Virus record (IMG/VR): IMGVR_UViG_3300010366_000041 | Location: 1-31,178 of that record | Origin: a virus | Taxonomy: Duplodnaviria; Caudoviricetes | Length of the DNA stretch: 31,178 bases | Reading direction: 5' to 3' (one strand) | In this document: piece by piece, positions 5,539 to 14,964 of the stretch | Layout: every line of letters begins with the position of its first letter | How positions within the stretch are numbered: the stretch's first letter is position 1 | Made by a program: the position numbers and the translations under genes | The notes under the pieces: generated by a model | Told to the model about the DNA's origin: nothing | What the model saw: the letters and a program-made list of their open reading frames with translations, nothing else | Database searches by the model: none

Positions 5539-7071
5539 ATGGCAGTCAAAACCGTAGACCTACCGTACGAGCCGATGCCGAAGCAGCAGGCTGCTCACGG
5601 CCTCGCCTTCAAGTACCGCGGCTTCTGTGGTGGGTGGGGTAACGGTAAGACCAGCTGGGGCTGTGCTGAAACCTTCATCCGTCTCATGGAGTACCCCAGC
5701 ACCGAATGTATCATCGCCCGCAAAACCCGCCCAGAGCTCAAGGCCACTACGTGGCATATGTTCATCAACGGCGACACTCAGCCCAAGGGGTGGCAGGGTG
5801 TCCCGAAGGAGTGTATCAGAGTCTACAACAAATCCGACCTGTTCCTGGAGCTAGTCAACGGCTCGCGCGTTCACGGCATTCCACTCGATGACCCACAGAA
5901 GCTCGAGAACTACAACCTGGGCTTCTTCTGGGTCGATCAGGCTGAGGAGGTGGAGGAGGATGTCTTTCTCAAGTTTCATGGTCGTCTCCGTCAGCTGAAC
6001 GCCCCCCGTGAAGGACTGCTCACCTTTAACCCGAATGGTCACAATTGGCTTTATCGGCGGTTTATTGACCCCAAACGCAGCCCTGAGTTCAAGCGTGCGT
6101 ATGGCTGTATCGAAGCTACGCCGTTTGATAACCCGAATCTGCCAGAAGACTACATGGACCAGTTCGACACCCTGCCTAAGCACTGGTACGACCGATTTGT
6201 CCTGGGCAGCCACGAGGTCTTTGTGGGACAGATCTTTGTGGACTATAACCCCGACTTCCATACAATCGAACCCTTCCGCATCCCAAGCTCATGGGAACGG
6301 TGGCAGTGTTACGACCCGGGCATTCGGCATGAGGGATGTCTATCCTGGGTGGCCCGTGACCCAGCTGGCAACGCCTATTACTACCGCGAATTCTTGGAGC
6401 CGGGGCAGGACGTGAGTTGGTGGGCGCAGACGCTGTTCGAGGCTGAGATGATGGACGACTGGGGTGGACCGAACGAGGATATTTACCGTCGTCTCGTAGG
6501 ACGAGAAGCAATGATTCGCACTCAGACCGACGGTCGTACGGTACTAGATCTCATGCACGATAATGGCTGGTATTCTGAATTCGCGGACCGAGACCCGGGT
6601 GCGCGAATCTCGCGAATCACTGAGTACCTCCGCCCAACCCTGAGCCACCGACACCCCTTCCGTGGCGATCAGATGGAGGTATTCGATCGCGAGACAGGCG
6701 AGGTGAAGGGTCTAGGCGCACCTCGCCTGTATATTTTCAGCAACTGTACCAAGCTTCTGGAGTACTTACCACAGTATCGCTGGAAGCCTCAGAGATCAAA
6801 CTTCACTGAGGAGGACAGTGCTGAGAAACCCCGTAAGAAGGACGACCACAACGTGGACAATCTGGGGCATATCCTTGTGGCGCTGGACGATGAGCTGCCC
6901 GATATCCAAGCTACCCAGAATTACCACGACGCTGTTGGTCGTCTCAATAACCTGGCGCAGTACAATGAAAGCCGTGAACTCGATGAGCACTTCAAGGCTG
7001 CCCTGGCCGAAGCGGCATCACATTCGCCGTACACTGGCAATGACCCTGACCTACTGAGAGAGGTTGCGTAA
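5539..7071 (+). CDS. terL: Terminase large subunit
   Basis: Walker A GGWGNGKT, Walker B FFWVDQAEE, motif III TFNP, DNPNLP, nuclease YDPG and DDHNVD. Confidence 0.95.
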   Translation: MAVKTVDLPYEPMPKQQAAHGLAFKYRGFCGGWGNGKTSWGCAETFIRLMEYPSTECIIARKTRPELKATTWHMFINGDTQPKGWQGVPKECIRVYNKSDLFLELVNGSRVHGIPLDDPQKLENYNLGFFWVDQAEEVEEDVFLKFHGRLRQLNAPREGLLTFNPNGHNWLYRRFIDPKRSPEFKRAYGCIEATPFDNPNLPEDYMDQFDTLPKHWYDRFVLGSHEVFVGQIFVDYNPDFHTIEPFRIPSSWERWQCYDPGIRHEGCLSWVARDPAGNAYYYREFLEPGQDVSWWAQTLFEAEMMDDWGGPNEDIYRRLVGREAMIRTQTDGRTVLDLMHDNGWYSEFADRDPGARISRITEYLRPTLSHRHPFRGDQMEVFDRETGEVKGLGAPRLYIFSNCTKLLEYLPQYRWKPQRSNFTEEDSAEKPRKKDDHNVDNLGHILVALDDELPDIQATQNYHDAVGRLNNLAQYNESRELDEHFKAALAEAASHSPYTGNDPDLLREVA

Positions 7072-7075
7072 CGCT

Positions 7076-7417
7076 ATGGCAAATCCCTTCCTAGTTGAGA
7101 CGATGACGCTCGCTCCCAACACCTGCATGTGCTGTGGTAAGGGCAATACTCCGGACGGCGTCACTGGCAAGGTAGGTCCTTTCGCAGACTTGGGCGTGGA
7201 CTACAACTGGGGGGATAGCGCCTATCTGTGTGAGGACTGTGTCGGCAAGCTGGCGATCCTCTTTGACTGGATTTCCCCCGACACCAAGAAGGATCTCGAG
7301 AGAGTCATCTCGAAGAAGAACGAAGAGATCCACGACCTCAAGTCCGATATTGACATTCGCCGACGACGTGAGCGTACAGCTGTCAAGGGTGCCCGTGCTT
7401 TGGGCGTGAAGGTGTAA
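7076..7417 (+). CDS. Zn-finger (CMCC...CEDC) plus coiled-coil protein
   Basis: Two CxxC motifs; C-terminal heptad-like helix. Confidence 0.75.
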   Translation: MANPFLVETMTLAPNTCMCCGKGNTPDGVTGKVGPFADLGVDYNWGDSAYLCEDCVGKLAILFDWISPDTKKDLERVISKKNEEIHDLKSDIDIRRRRERTAVKGARALGVKV

Positions 7418-7848
7418 TGCTGTACACGGCTGTAATCATCGGGATTCTTGCGGTGACAGGATTCGTCATCGCTTATGTTGTGTTCGCTCTACGAGCTCTT
7501 CAGAGCGCTCAACAGTTGAGCCGTGAATTCGTCATCGCACACAATCGCACGCTCAAAAGCCTTGAGACCATCCATGACCGTAATGCCCAGCAACTGGACA
7601 GCGTTCTTGACAGGTTCATGGCCCTTGACTTCTCGCTGTTCAAGGCCTACCAGAGTTCAGAAGAGGCTGAGCTTGGAGGCTTTAGCGATCCCGATGAGGA
7701 GGGCGAAGTCCTTGCCTTCACTCCTGGCGGTCAGTCGAGGGACATTAACGCCGAACTGCTCGAGGACTTGGCTGCCCGCGCGAACGAGGAGCAACTACTA
7801 GCCGAGGACTTTGGGCTTGAGTTCGATCAGAAAGAGGGTCTTACATGA
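7417..7848 (+). CDS. N-terminally membrane-anchored hypothetical protein
   Basis: Hydrophobic residues 2-25, acidic C-terminus; coupled to both neighbours. Confidence 0.75.
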   Translation: MLYTAVIIGILAVTGFVIAYVVFALRALQSAQQLSREFVIAHNRTLKSLETIHDRNAQQLDSVLDRFMALDFSLFKAYQSSEEAELGGFSDPDEEGEVLAFTPGGQSRDINAELLEDLAARANEEQLLAEDFGLEFDQKEGLT

Positions 7849-10034
7849 GAATTGGTGAGGCCACTAACAAGCGGCAGCTTCTGAGCGCCCTGCAGGACGC
7901 GCGTGAGGATCGTCTCAATCGAAGGAGAGCGTGGGAGATTCAGTGGTGGAATAATATTGCCATGGTTGCGGGCGATCACTATGCGCGCTATGACCCTGGC
8001 AAGGCGCAATTCGAGGATCGTGACCCTAACTGGTCGATTGCCCTGAGCGATAAGAAGCCGAGGATCGTTGTTAACCACAGCCTTAGTGTTGCTCGTACTG
8101 AGCTTGCTAAGCTCACAAAGAGCCGCCCTATCATGGACGTTATTGCTAATAGCGATGATCCTCGTGATATTGCAGCGACTAAAGTGAGCAAGAGCGCTCT
8201 GGACTACGCCGAATGGAAGTTTAAAGTCCCATCCTTGCAGAAGCAGGCTCTGTGGTGGGCGATTGTGTGCGGGGTCGGTGCGATCTATGTGGGCTGGGAT
8301 TTCTTGGATGACACTGCTGGCAGCTTCCAGTTCATCATTGATCCCCTCACAGGTGAGCCTACATTCAATCCGGACCGTGAGCGCCAGCTCGAAAAGATGC
8401 AGGAGAATGGCGAAATCGACAGTCTCGACAAGGAGGAGGCGCCGCTCGGTGAGGTCGAGATGAGCGTCTTTTCGCCATTTCAGTTGTTGCCTGACCCGAA
8501 CACTCTGGACTTTAACAAGCTGAGAGACCTCATCACTGTGGAGGTCGTTGATGTTGATGTGCTCAAAGGATGGTATGGCAAGGGTGCTGCTCACGTAGAC
8601 CCAGAAGAGACGCATATCGGGACGATGGAGCGTATCATGATGCAGCGGGCAGGTGTTGCCAATCCTGCGTACTACTCTACGGGGATCAATGACAATGCTG
8701 CTTACGTCTACACTTACTGGCTTACACCCAACTATTACCGAGGCAATCAACTCCTCAAGAACGGTATTTTCTTCCGGTGGTGCCAGGGTAAGGAGCTTGA
8801 CAGCAGTGATGCTTTCCCCTTTGCCGACGGTAGAATACCGTTCGCATTCTTTCAGCATATCCCCTCCGTTAGCTCAGTTTGGCCTGACACCAACATCTCA
8901 CAGATTCGGGGACTCAATCTGGAGATAGATAAGACCACTAGCCAGCTCATTGAGAGCAAAGACTTTATGAGCAATCCCATGTGGATTCTGGCTACACAGC
9001 ACAAGATCAAGGGCCAAATCAAGAACGTCGCCGGAGGGATCGTTCGCTATGTCCATGTACCCAACGTGCCGCCACCCGCTCCTATCCAGGGACTTTCGAT
9101 GCCACCACAGGTCGAGAGCCTACTCGCAGGCATGCGTGAACAGATACTCGACGTATCCGGACAGAGTGAGGTCTCGCGCGGCAATGTTCCGACCGGCGTA
9201 CGAAGCGGTGTGGCCGTCGCATATCTGCAGGAGGAGGACGATACGAAACTAGGGCCTACTGTGGACAACATGGAGAACGCCACTGCACTGATGGGCTCAC
9301 TCACCCTGTCTCGATTCTCCCAATTCTACACAGTGCCTAGGGTCATCCGCTTCTATCGTCCTGACGGCAAATTCGATGTGCTCAAGTTCAAGGGTGCTGA
9401 CATTGCTGACAACACTGACGTTATCTGCCAGCCTGGGAGCGCCATGCCGAAGATGAAGGCTGCTCGGCAGCAGTACACCCTCGAGCTTGTCAGCCTAGGC
9501 ATTCTCACTGACCCAGATGAGATTAAGGAGGAGCTCGACCTGGGTCGCGGTGAACCGGATAACAACGATAAGAACCGTGACCAGGCTGACAGAGAAAATA
9601 ACATCATGCTCCATGGCGTTGACCTCAAGATGTTCCAGCTTCCCGATCATGCCACAGACGAAGAAGTTCAGCAGACTGTGAGTGCAGCTGTGCCCGTTAA
9701 GGCGTGGCAGAATCATCAGATCCACATCGACAGGCATACTAGTCAGATGATGGATCAGGAGTTTGATGACCTGTCCGTATCTCATCCGGGCATTACGCGC
9801 CTCTTCGATGAGCACGTGGCGCAACATCAACAGTTCCTGTCTCAGCAGCAGCAACAGCAGGCACAAATGGCTGAGGCCGTCAAGGGTGCACCGGCCGGCG
9901 TTGGCGGCACTCCGGCTGGCACGCAAAGATCCGCTCGCATGAACACCGGAGTTCCGGATGTGATTGGCGGCGGGCAAACGGCGATTGATTCTCGTGTCAT
10001 TCGCCAGAACGGACAGGTCCAAACCGGTAGATAG
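7845..10034 (+). CDS. Portal (head-tail connector) protein
   Basis: 729 aa after terL; N..L...RTELAKLTKSRP, SPFQLLPDP, SGQSEVSRG...SGVAVAYLQEED and NHQIHI..H motifs typical of podovirus-type portals. Confidence 0.9.
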   Translation: MRIGEATNKRQLLSALQDAREDRLNRRRAWEIQWWNNIAMVAGDHYARYDPGKAQFEDRDPNWSIALSDKKPRIVVNHSLSVARTELAKLTKSRPIMDVIANSDDPRDIAATKVSKSALDYAEWKFKVPSLQKQALWWAIVCGVGAIYVGWDFLDDTAGSFQFIIDPLTGEPTFNPDRERQLEKMQENGEIDSLDKEEAPLGEVEMSVFSPFQLLPDPNTLDFNKLRDLITVEVVDVDVLKGWYGKGAAHVDPEETHIGTMERIMMQRAGVANPAYYSTGINDNAAYVYTYWLTPNYYRGNQLLKNGIFFRWCQGKELDSSDAFPFADGRIPFAFFQHIPSVSSVWPDTNISQIRGLNLEIDKTTSQLIESKDFMSNPMWILATQHKIKGQIKNVAGGIVRYVHVPNVPPPAPIQGLSMPPQVESLLAGMREQILDVSGQSEVSRGNVPTGVRSGVAVAYLQEEDDTKLGPTVDNMENATALMGSLTLSRFSQFYTVPRVIRFYRPDGKFDVLKFKGADIADNTDVICQPGSAMPKMKAARQQYTLELVSLGILTDPDEIKEELDLGRGEPDNNDKNRDQADRENNIMLHGVDLKMFQLPDHATDEEVQQTVSAAVPVKAWQNHQIHIDRHTSQMMDQEFDDLSVSHPGITRLFDEHVAQHQQFLSQQQQQQAQMAEAVKGAPAGVGGTPAGTQRSARMNTGVPDVIGGGQTAIDSRVIRQNGQVQTGR

Positions 10035-10042
10035 GAGGCCCG

Positions 10043-10141
10043 ATGGAGACACCGACACCCGCACCCGAGCCTGCTCCTGAGGAGGAGACAACGGAGGACG
10101 CGGACGACGAGGAGGGGAGCGATGAGTCAGACGGTGAGTGA
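10043..10141 (+). CDS. Hyper-acidic 32-aa peptide (not in ORF track)
   Basis: Perfect SD AGGAGG; METPTPAPEPAPEEETTEDADDEEGSDESDGE. Confidence 0.5.
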   Translation: METPTPAPEPAPEEETTEDADDEEGSDESDGE

Positions 10142-10664
10142 GAGCGATCTTCAAGGTCTCTCACGCGCAGACCTGGACGAGGTCGCGGAGTCAGCGGGCC
10201 TCGATCCCAACGACTACGCCAACAAGCAGGAGGAGATCGACGCCATCCTAGCAGCTTCGGGTGCGTCGGCTGAAGCCTCCACAGAGATCGAGACTGTCAC
10301 TGAGGAGGAGGTCGCAGAAGAGGCGGCTGGGCCCGACTACATCCACACTGTGGACGTAGCGGACATTGGCACCGAACAGCTCGCAGACGAGCACATTCCT
10401 CTCCTCACGGGGGAGTCGTGGGTCATTCTCGGTGCAGCGGATAACCTTCCGGACGAGTACATCGGCAATCCCGCTGCTGTCCTCAGCTCGACAGTCGCTG
10501 TGGTACGGGACGACAATGGCGATGAGGTGTATCGCTACACGCCCGACGACGCGACCCTCACGGTGCGTGAGAGATCGCAGGGTGGCTACTTCGAAGTGCC
10601 GCTCTCCAGCGTGCAGAAGCTGAGCATTGCTGGTGGGCGGAGCAACGTCGTCAACTTCGCGTAA
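10122..10664 (+). CDS. Acidic protein with N-terminal HeH/Rho-N-like domain
   Basis: LQGLSRADLDEVAESAGLD....NKQEEIDAILA helix-extension-helix pattern; SD GAGGAGGGG. Confidence 0.75.
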   Translation: MSQTVSESDLQGLSRADLDEVAESAGLDPNDYANKQEEIDAILAASGASAEASTEIETVTEEEVAEEAAGPDYIHTVDVADIGTEQLADEHIPLLTGESWVILGAADNLPDEYIGNPAAVLSSTVAVVRDDNGDEVYRYTPDDATLTVRERSQGGYFEVPLSSVQKLSIAGGRSNVVNFA

Positions 10665-10951
10665 TGGACGACCGATTCCGCAACGCCAATGTCGCTCTAG
10701 ACTACCTTCGGGGCAAGGGGGTAGATACGAGTCTAGGGCGCGTATTCCTCGCTAGCGATGTGGAGGAGGCGATCAAGCTTAGTCAAGCTGACCGTCTCGA
10801 TCAAAGCGTCACGCCTCAGCCCAAGACGATGGCGCAGGCCAAGCGACTTGTCCGCATGGACGAGGAGCTTATGGCGCAATTCCCAAAGCCAGGTGTACGT
10901 GAGCCTGGTTCGTCAATCCAGGCTGGCCCCGACTCGTCGTCGAGGACGTAA
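10664..10951 (+). CDS. Hypothetical protein
   Basis: TAATG coupling. Confidence 0.65.
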   Translation: MDDRFRNANVALDYLRGKGVDTSLGRVFLASDVEEAIKLSQADRLDQSVTPQPKTMAQAKRLVRMDEELMAQFPKPGVREPGSSIQAGPDSSSRT

Positions 10952-10975
10952 AGCGTAGGGCCGAACGGAGGTAAC

Positions 10976-11872
10976 ATGAGTGGCATGGCAAACGAAATCG
11001 CTGACCGTATGCGTCAGGACGGCATCGACACAAGTGCGACGCCGGACGAGGCTTTCGCTGGGAGCTCAGCAGAGGGTACCGGAGGGGATCAGGCAGGCAC
11101 GCAGCAGAATCAATCGTCCGCGGGGACGTCAAACACCGTAGATTCTGACCGTGGGACGCCACCTGATACGATTCCGTACTCGCGATTCACGGAGGTCAAT
11201 AGCCGTCTTCAGGCGCTTCGGGAGTACGAACAACTGGAGCAAATGGGGATCTCATCGGACTCCGCGATGAGATTGGCAAACTTCGAGAGAGCTTACTTGG
11301 AGGACCCTAAGGGTACGATTGCTGCCTTGGTCGATCAACAGGACTTGCCCGATGCGCAGAAGACTGCACTCAAGGCGCTGCTCACGCAGCAGCAGTCTCA
11401 GCAGGACGGTGCGCTGGAGGGAGATCAAGATGGTAAGCCGCCCGAGCTCACTCCGGAGCTCAAGGAGGTTGTGGACTGGGTGCGTGATCGGCGTACAGCC
11501 GATGAGAACGCCGAAAGTCAAACACGCCTCGATCACGTTGTTAGCCATTGGCGACAGCTGGACGAGCGGGATGGCATCAAGACCACAGAGAGACAGCGAC
11601 TGCTGTACGTTCAGTCGGTTGCGGGCTCAGGGACACAGTTCCAGACCCTCGAGCAGCTGGCTGAGGCGGCACGGACGTTGTATCTCGAGGATCGCGATGA
11701 CAACTTGGGCTCAGCTGTCATTCGTCGAGGGACGGGAGCACCCCTTGCGGTACCCCCTGGTGGGGTTCCTGGCACGCAGCCGATGCCGCCACCGCGTAGC
11801 ATGAAGGAGGCACGGCAACGTATTCAGGAGGATATCGCAGCGGGTCTACTCCCTGACTTGAGCCCCGGATAG
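10976..11872 (+). CDS. Capsid scaffolding protein
   Basis: Position between portal and capsid; disordered N-terminus, IPYSRFTEVN motif, helical body. Confidence 0.8.
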   Translation: MSGMANEIADRMRQDGIDTSATPDEAFAGSSAEGTGGDQAGTQQNQSSAGTSNTVDSDRGTPPDTIPYSRFTEVNSRLQALREYEQLEQMGISSDSAMRLANFERAYLEDPKGTIAALVDQQDLPDAQKTALKALLTQQQSQQDGALEGDQDGKPPELTPELKEVVDWVRDRRTADENAESQTRLDHVVSHWRQLDERDGIKTTERQRLLYVQSVAGSGTQFQTLEQLAEAARTLYLEDRDDNLGSAVIRRGTGAPLAVPPGGVPGTQPMPPPRSMKEARQRIQEDIAAGLLPDLSPG

Positions 11873-11882
11873 GAGGACGTAG

Positions 11883-12215
11883 ATGGCTGCATCACCAGCA
11901 ATCATCAAGCGCGGGGCTGCCGGCGACCTGTTCTTCAGGATCGTAGATATCACACTCGATGCTAGCTACCCGACGGGCGGGTATCCGCTAACGCCCGCTC
12001 AGTTCGGCTTCGGCCAGAATGGTGTGATCTTCATGGTCGATGGTAACTTGAGCAAGACGGGTGGTTGGCTTGCCGCGTGGGATTATACGAACGCTAAGCT
12101 CCAGGTCTTCGATAGCTCTGGCGCAGCCAATGCAGCACAGCATGAGGTGGCAGCAGCGACTCCACTTACGGGTGTAGTCGTTCGTTTGATCGCCTACGGA
12201 CAGGGACAAGGCTAA
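11883..12215 (+). CDS. Capsid decoration/cement-like protein
   Basis: DITLDASYPTGGYPL...KLQVF...EVAAAT.L..V pattern of small head decoration proteins; SD AGGAGG. Confidence 0.6.
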   Translation: MAASPAIIKRGAAGDLFFRIVDITLDASYPTGGYPLTPAQFGFGQNGVIFMVDGNLSKTGGWLAAWDYTNAKLQVFDSSGAANAAQHEVAAATPLTGVVVRLIAYGQGQG

Positions 12216-12230
12216 CAGGAGGTGAAATAA

Positions 12231-13526
12231 ATGGCAATGCAGACCACTTCATCGGCAGATCAGATCCTGCAGAACTACTACCTGCCGGTGGTGCGGGAGA
12301 TGCTCAACCAGAGGGCAATCCTCCTGTTCGGCTACAGCCCAGCCGAGCTCGAGAGTGGCTCGGGTTCGATGAACGCCACGTTGGGCGAGACGATGGATTA
12401 CAACGGTATCAGCAAGGACGCTGAGATCGTCGAGTTCGCCGGTCGCCAGTGGGTCATCGCTGTCCACACAGGACGCAACGAGTCCGGTACGGCACGCGCC
12501 GAAGGTGGCGTTCTGCCTGTGGCCGGCATTCAGAGCTGGAATGACCTGATGGACAAGGTCAAGAAGCTCTACAAGACGATCCAGCTCACCGGCTTCGCGA
12601 TGGAGGTCACGGAGCGTTCGGTTGGGGCGTACCTGCGACTGCTCGAGGGTGAGACAGTCGGTGCAGTCAACGACCTCCGCAAGGACATGAACCGCCAGGG
12701 CTTCGGCGATGGGTCGGGTATCCTCGCGAACATCACAGCGAAGGGCACCAACACCATCACCGTTGACTCTCTGCAGTACCTGCGCGTGGGTATGTTCATC
12801 GACTTTATGAACTACTCTACGCTGGCTGTGGTCGGGACGCCGAACGTCCAGATCACCGCGATCAACACCAGCACCCGCGTGGTGACCTACAGCGGTTCAG
12901 ACCAAGCCGCCTCCATCACTGTGGGCACGCATGTGCCTGTCGTGAACGGCAACGGTGGGCTGGAGCTGAACGGTCTCACGAAGATCACCCGCAACGACCT
13001 GACCCAGAACGCCGCGTTGCACGGCATCGACTCAAGCGTGGCCGGCAACGAATGGTGGAAGGCTCAGCAGAGCAACGGCAACAACACCACATTCGATGAG
13101 GATGCGGGGCAGCTGTTGCTCGATCAGATCGGGGCGAGGGGCTGGGAGACCGAGCTGTTGCTCACGACGCGCGGTGTTCGGCGCCGCTACGTCAACACGC
13201 TCAAGGCCCAGAAGAGGTGGAACGACGCCAACGCTGGGACGATGCATGGCGGGTTCAAGTACATCGACTACAACGGCCTGCCGCTCGTCTTCGACGACGA
13301 CTGTCCGAAGCAGTATATGTTCTTCCTCCGCCCCTCCGATCTGCTGTGGGTCCAGCTGAACGGCAACGATTTCCGCTGGATGAACAGGGACGGGGCGATC
13401 CTACGCAAGGTGGAGACCACAGACCTCGACGCCTACAAGGCGACGCTGTACAAGTACTGCGATATGGGTTGCATGAGACGCGAAGTTCAGGGCGTCATCT
13501 ACAACCTCGCAGACGACATCCCGTAG
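12231..13526 (+). CDS. Major capsid protein (HK97 fold)
   Basis: SD AGGAGGTG; strong C/G3 codon bias; RAEGGVLP, DMNRQGFGDGSG and GGFKYIDYNGLPLVFDDDCP motifs. Confidence 0.92.
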   Translation: MAMQTTSSADQILQNYYLPVVREMLNQRAILLFGYSPAELESGSGSMNATLGETMDYNGISKDAEIVEFAGRQWVIAVHTGRNESGTARAEGGVLPVAGIQSWNDLMDKVKKLYKTIQLTGFAMEVTERSVGAYLRLLEGETVGAVNDLRKDMNRQGFGDGSGILANITAKGTNTITVDSLQYLRVGMFIDFMNYSTLAVVGTPNVQITAINTSTRVVTYSGSDQAASITVGTHVPVVNGNGGLELNGLTKITRNDLTQNAALHGIDSSVAGNEWWKAQQSNGNNTTFDEDAGQLLLDQIGARGWETELLLTTRGVRRRYVNTLKAQKRWNDANAGTMHGGFKYIDYNGLPLVFDDDCPKQYMFFLRPSDLLWVQLNGNDFRWMNRDGAILRKVETTDLDAYKATLYKYCDMGCMRREVQGVIYNLADDIP

Positions 13527-13620
13527 CCTACGCTGCGGGTGATACCTCCACGCTTGGTGGGGGGACCGAGTGACCCTAGGACATGGTCACAGAACGAAGC
13601 GAAGCACAGGGCGGTGAACG

Positions 13621-14067
13621 ATGGAGCTGCGCGCCATCAAACAATACTACGAAGATAAGCAGGTGGTGTTGCTGGCAGATGACGTGCTCTCCATCGTTCG
13701 CCAAGTTCGAGAGTTGTACGGGGACAAGGTCAAGATTTCATGGGAGCCCACGACTGGGTGGTATGTGTTCTCTGAGATGTGTGAGGATAAGACGGAACGT
13801 CTCATCTTCACATGCGAGGAACTGGATGGCCGCGCTCTCGAACGTTTGCGACGATCAGATAGTCAGGCGCGAACGTATCAGGATCCGTACCTCGCTGCAG
13901 AAAATGCCCAAGACCAGGCCCACGCAGAACAAGATGCACATTACGCGGCCTACATCAATGAAGCGGGTGAGCATCTCATCCACGCCATGAAGCGTGACGG
14001 GATGGCACCTCGCCTACCCTCACAGGTCTCCCTACATATTCCGGAGAGGGACGATGACCACAGCTAG
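13621..14067 (+). CDS. Hypothetical protein (head completion region)
   Basis: Clean ORF after MCP; ELDGRALERLRRSD motif. Confidence 0.7.
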   Translation: MELRAIKQYYEDKQVVLLADDVLSIVRQVRELYGDKVKISWEPTTGWYVFSEMCEDKTERLIFTCEELDGRALERLRRSDSQARTYQDPYLAAENAQDQAHAEQDAHYAAYINEAGEHLIHAMKRDGMAPRLPSQVSLHIPERDDDHS

Positions 14068-14728
14068 TGGCCAAATGCAACTGCAAGACTACGATCATCA
14101 GCTAGTGGTGCGTGGCTTTGATGGCTACTTCCCGAACGACCGCTACCTGCTGATTAACCTCGGCTATCGTGATGTAGCGAATCAGTTCCCTGGTTCATGG
14201 CAGGACACCTCAATGGACTACCACCTCAATCCCGGTCAGTATGCGTTGCAGGTGGGTACGGCACTGCCGCTGGGCATTCAGAACATCACGCGGGTCATGG
14301 TCAAGTCGCCAACCCAGTATCGCAAGCATTTGTACCCAGAGCGTGAGGAGCGATTCTTCAATGCCTGGTTGCCCATGGATTTGACTATCGCAGCGAATCA
14401 ATCCAATGTGCCTGACAAGTACTACTACTATCTCAATCAGATCTACATTCTGGGCCCACCTAGTCAGGCAATGGACTTCACTGTCTACTACGAGCAGTAT
14501 CTGCCTGACATGGTTTCGCTCACTCAAACCACAGCCCTACCACAGGCGTTCGATGAGGTGATTCTGGATGCTGCGCTGGTGAGAGCACATAGGCGCGCCC
14601 ATGAGTTGTCTCTCGCTTCTGAGGCACAGCAGCGTGTAAACGCTGGAGTTATGAATCTGATGATGGGAGATGTCTTCGCGATGGAGGAGCTTCAGGAGCG
14701 TGTACTGCCTGACGACCAGTGGTTTTGA
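14054..14728 (+). CDS. Head-tail adaptor protein
   Basis: SD GGAGAGGG; INLGYRD...PDKYYYYLNQIYILGPPSQAMDFTVYY...LPQAFDEVIL pattern of podovirus adaptors. Confidence 0.75.
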   Translation: MTTASGQMQLQDYDHQLVVRGFDGYFPNDRYLLINLGYRDVANQFPGSWQDTSMDYHLNPGQYALQVGTALPLGIQNITRVMVKSPTQYRKHLYPEREERFFNAWLPMDLTIAANQSNVPDKYYYYLNQIYILGPPSQAMDFTVYYEQYLPDMVSLTQTTALPQAFDEVILDAALVRAHRRAHELSLASEAQQRVNAGVMNLMMGDVFAMEELQERVLPDDQWF

Positions 14729-14964
14729 GTACACCGGGTGACATAACGATCACGCGCGAGCAGGTCCACGAATGGGTGACGGAGTGGTCTGAGAGTGACA
14801 AAGAGCAATCTATCGACGACTTTATCCGCGCCAAGGTTCAGGAGTTAGGCTTACCCACTGTGGTGCTCAAAGCTGTGGATGGTGATCGTGTCCAGGAGCA
14901 TGACGTTGCTGACCTCATCATCGACGACCTAGGGAGTTACGGTGTCGAGCGTCCAGGTAGCTGA
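14719..14964 (+). CDS. Hypothetical protein
   Basis: Fills the gap between adaptor and nozzle; start uncertain (14719 GTG or 14725 TTG). Confidence 0.55.
   Translation: MVLSTPGDITITREQVHEWVTEWSESDKEQSIDDFIRAKVQELGLPTVVLKAVDGDRVQEHDVADLIIDDLGSYGVERPGS

Noticed and set aside
7827-8858. 343-aa - strand ORF
   Set aside because: Antisense to the portal gene; explained by codon bias; no recognisable motifs.
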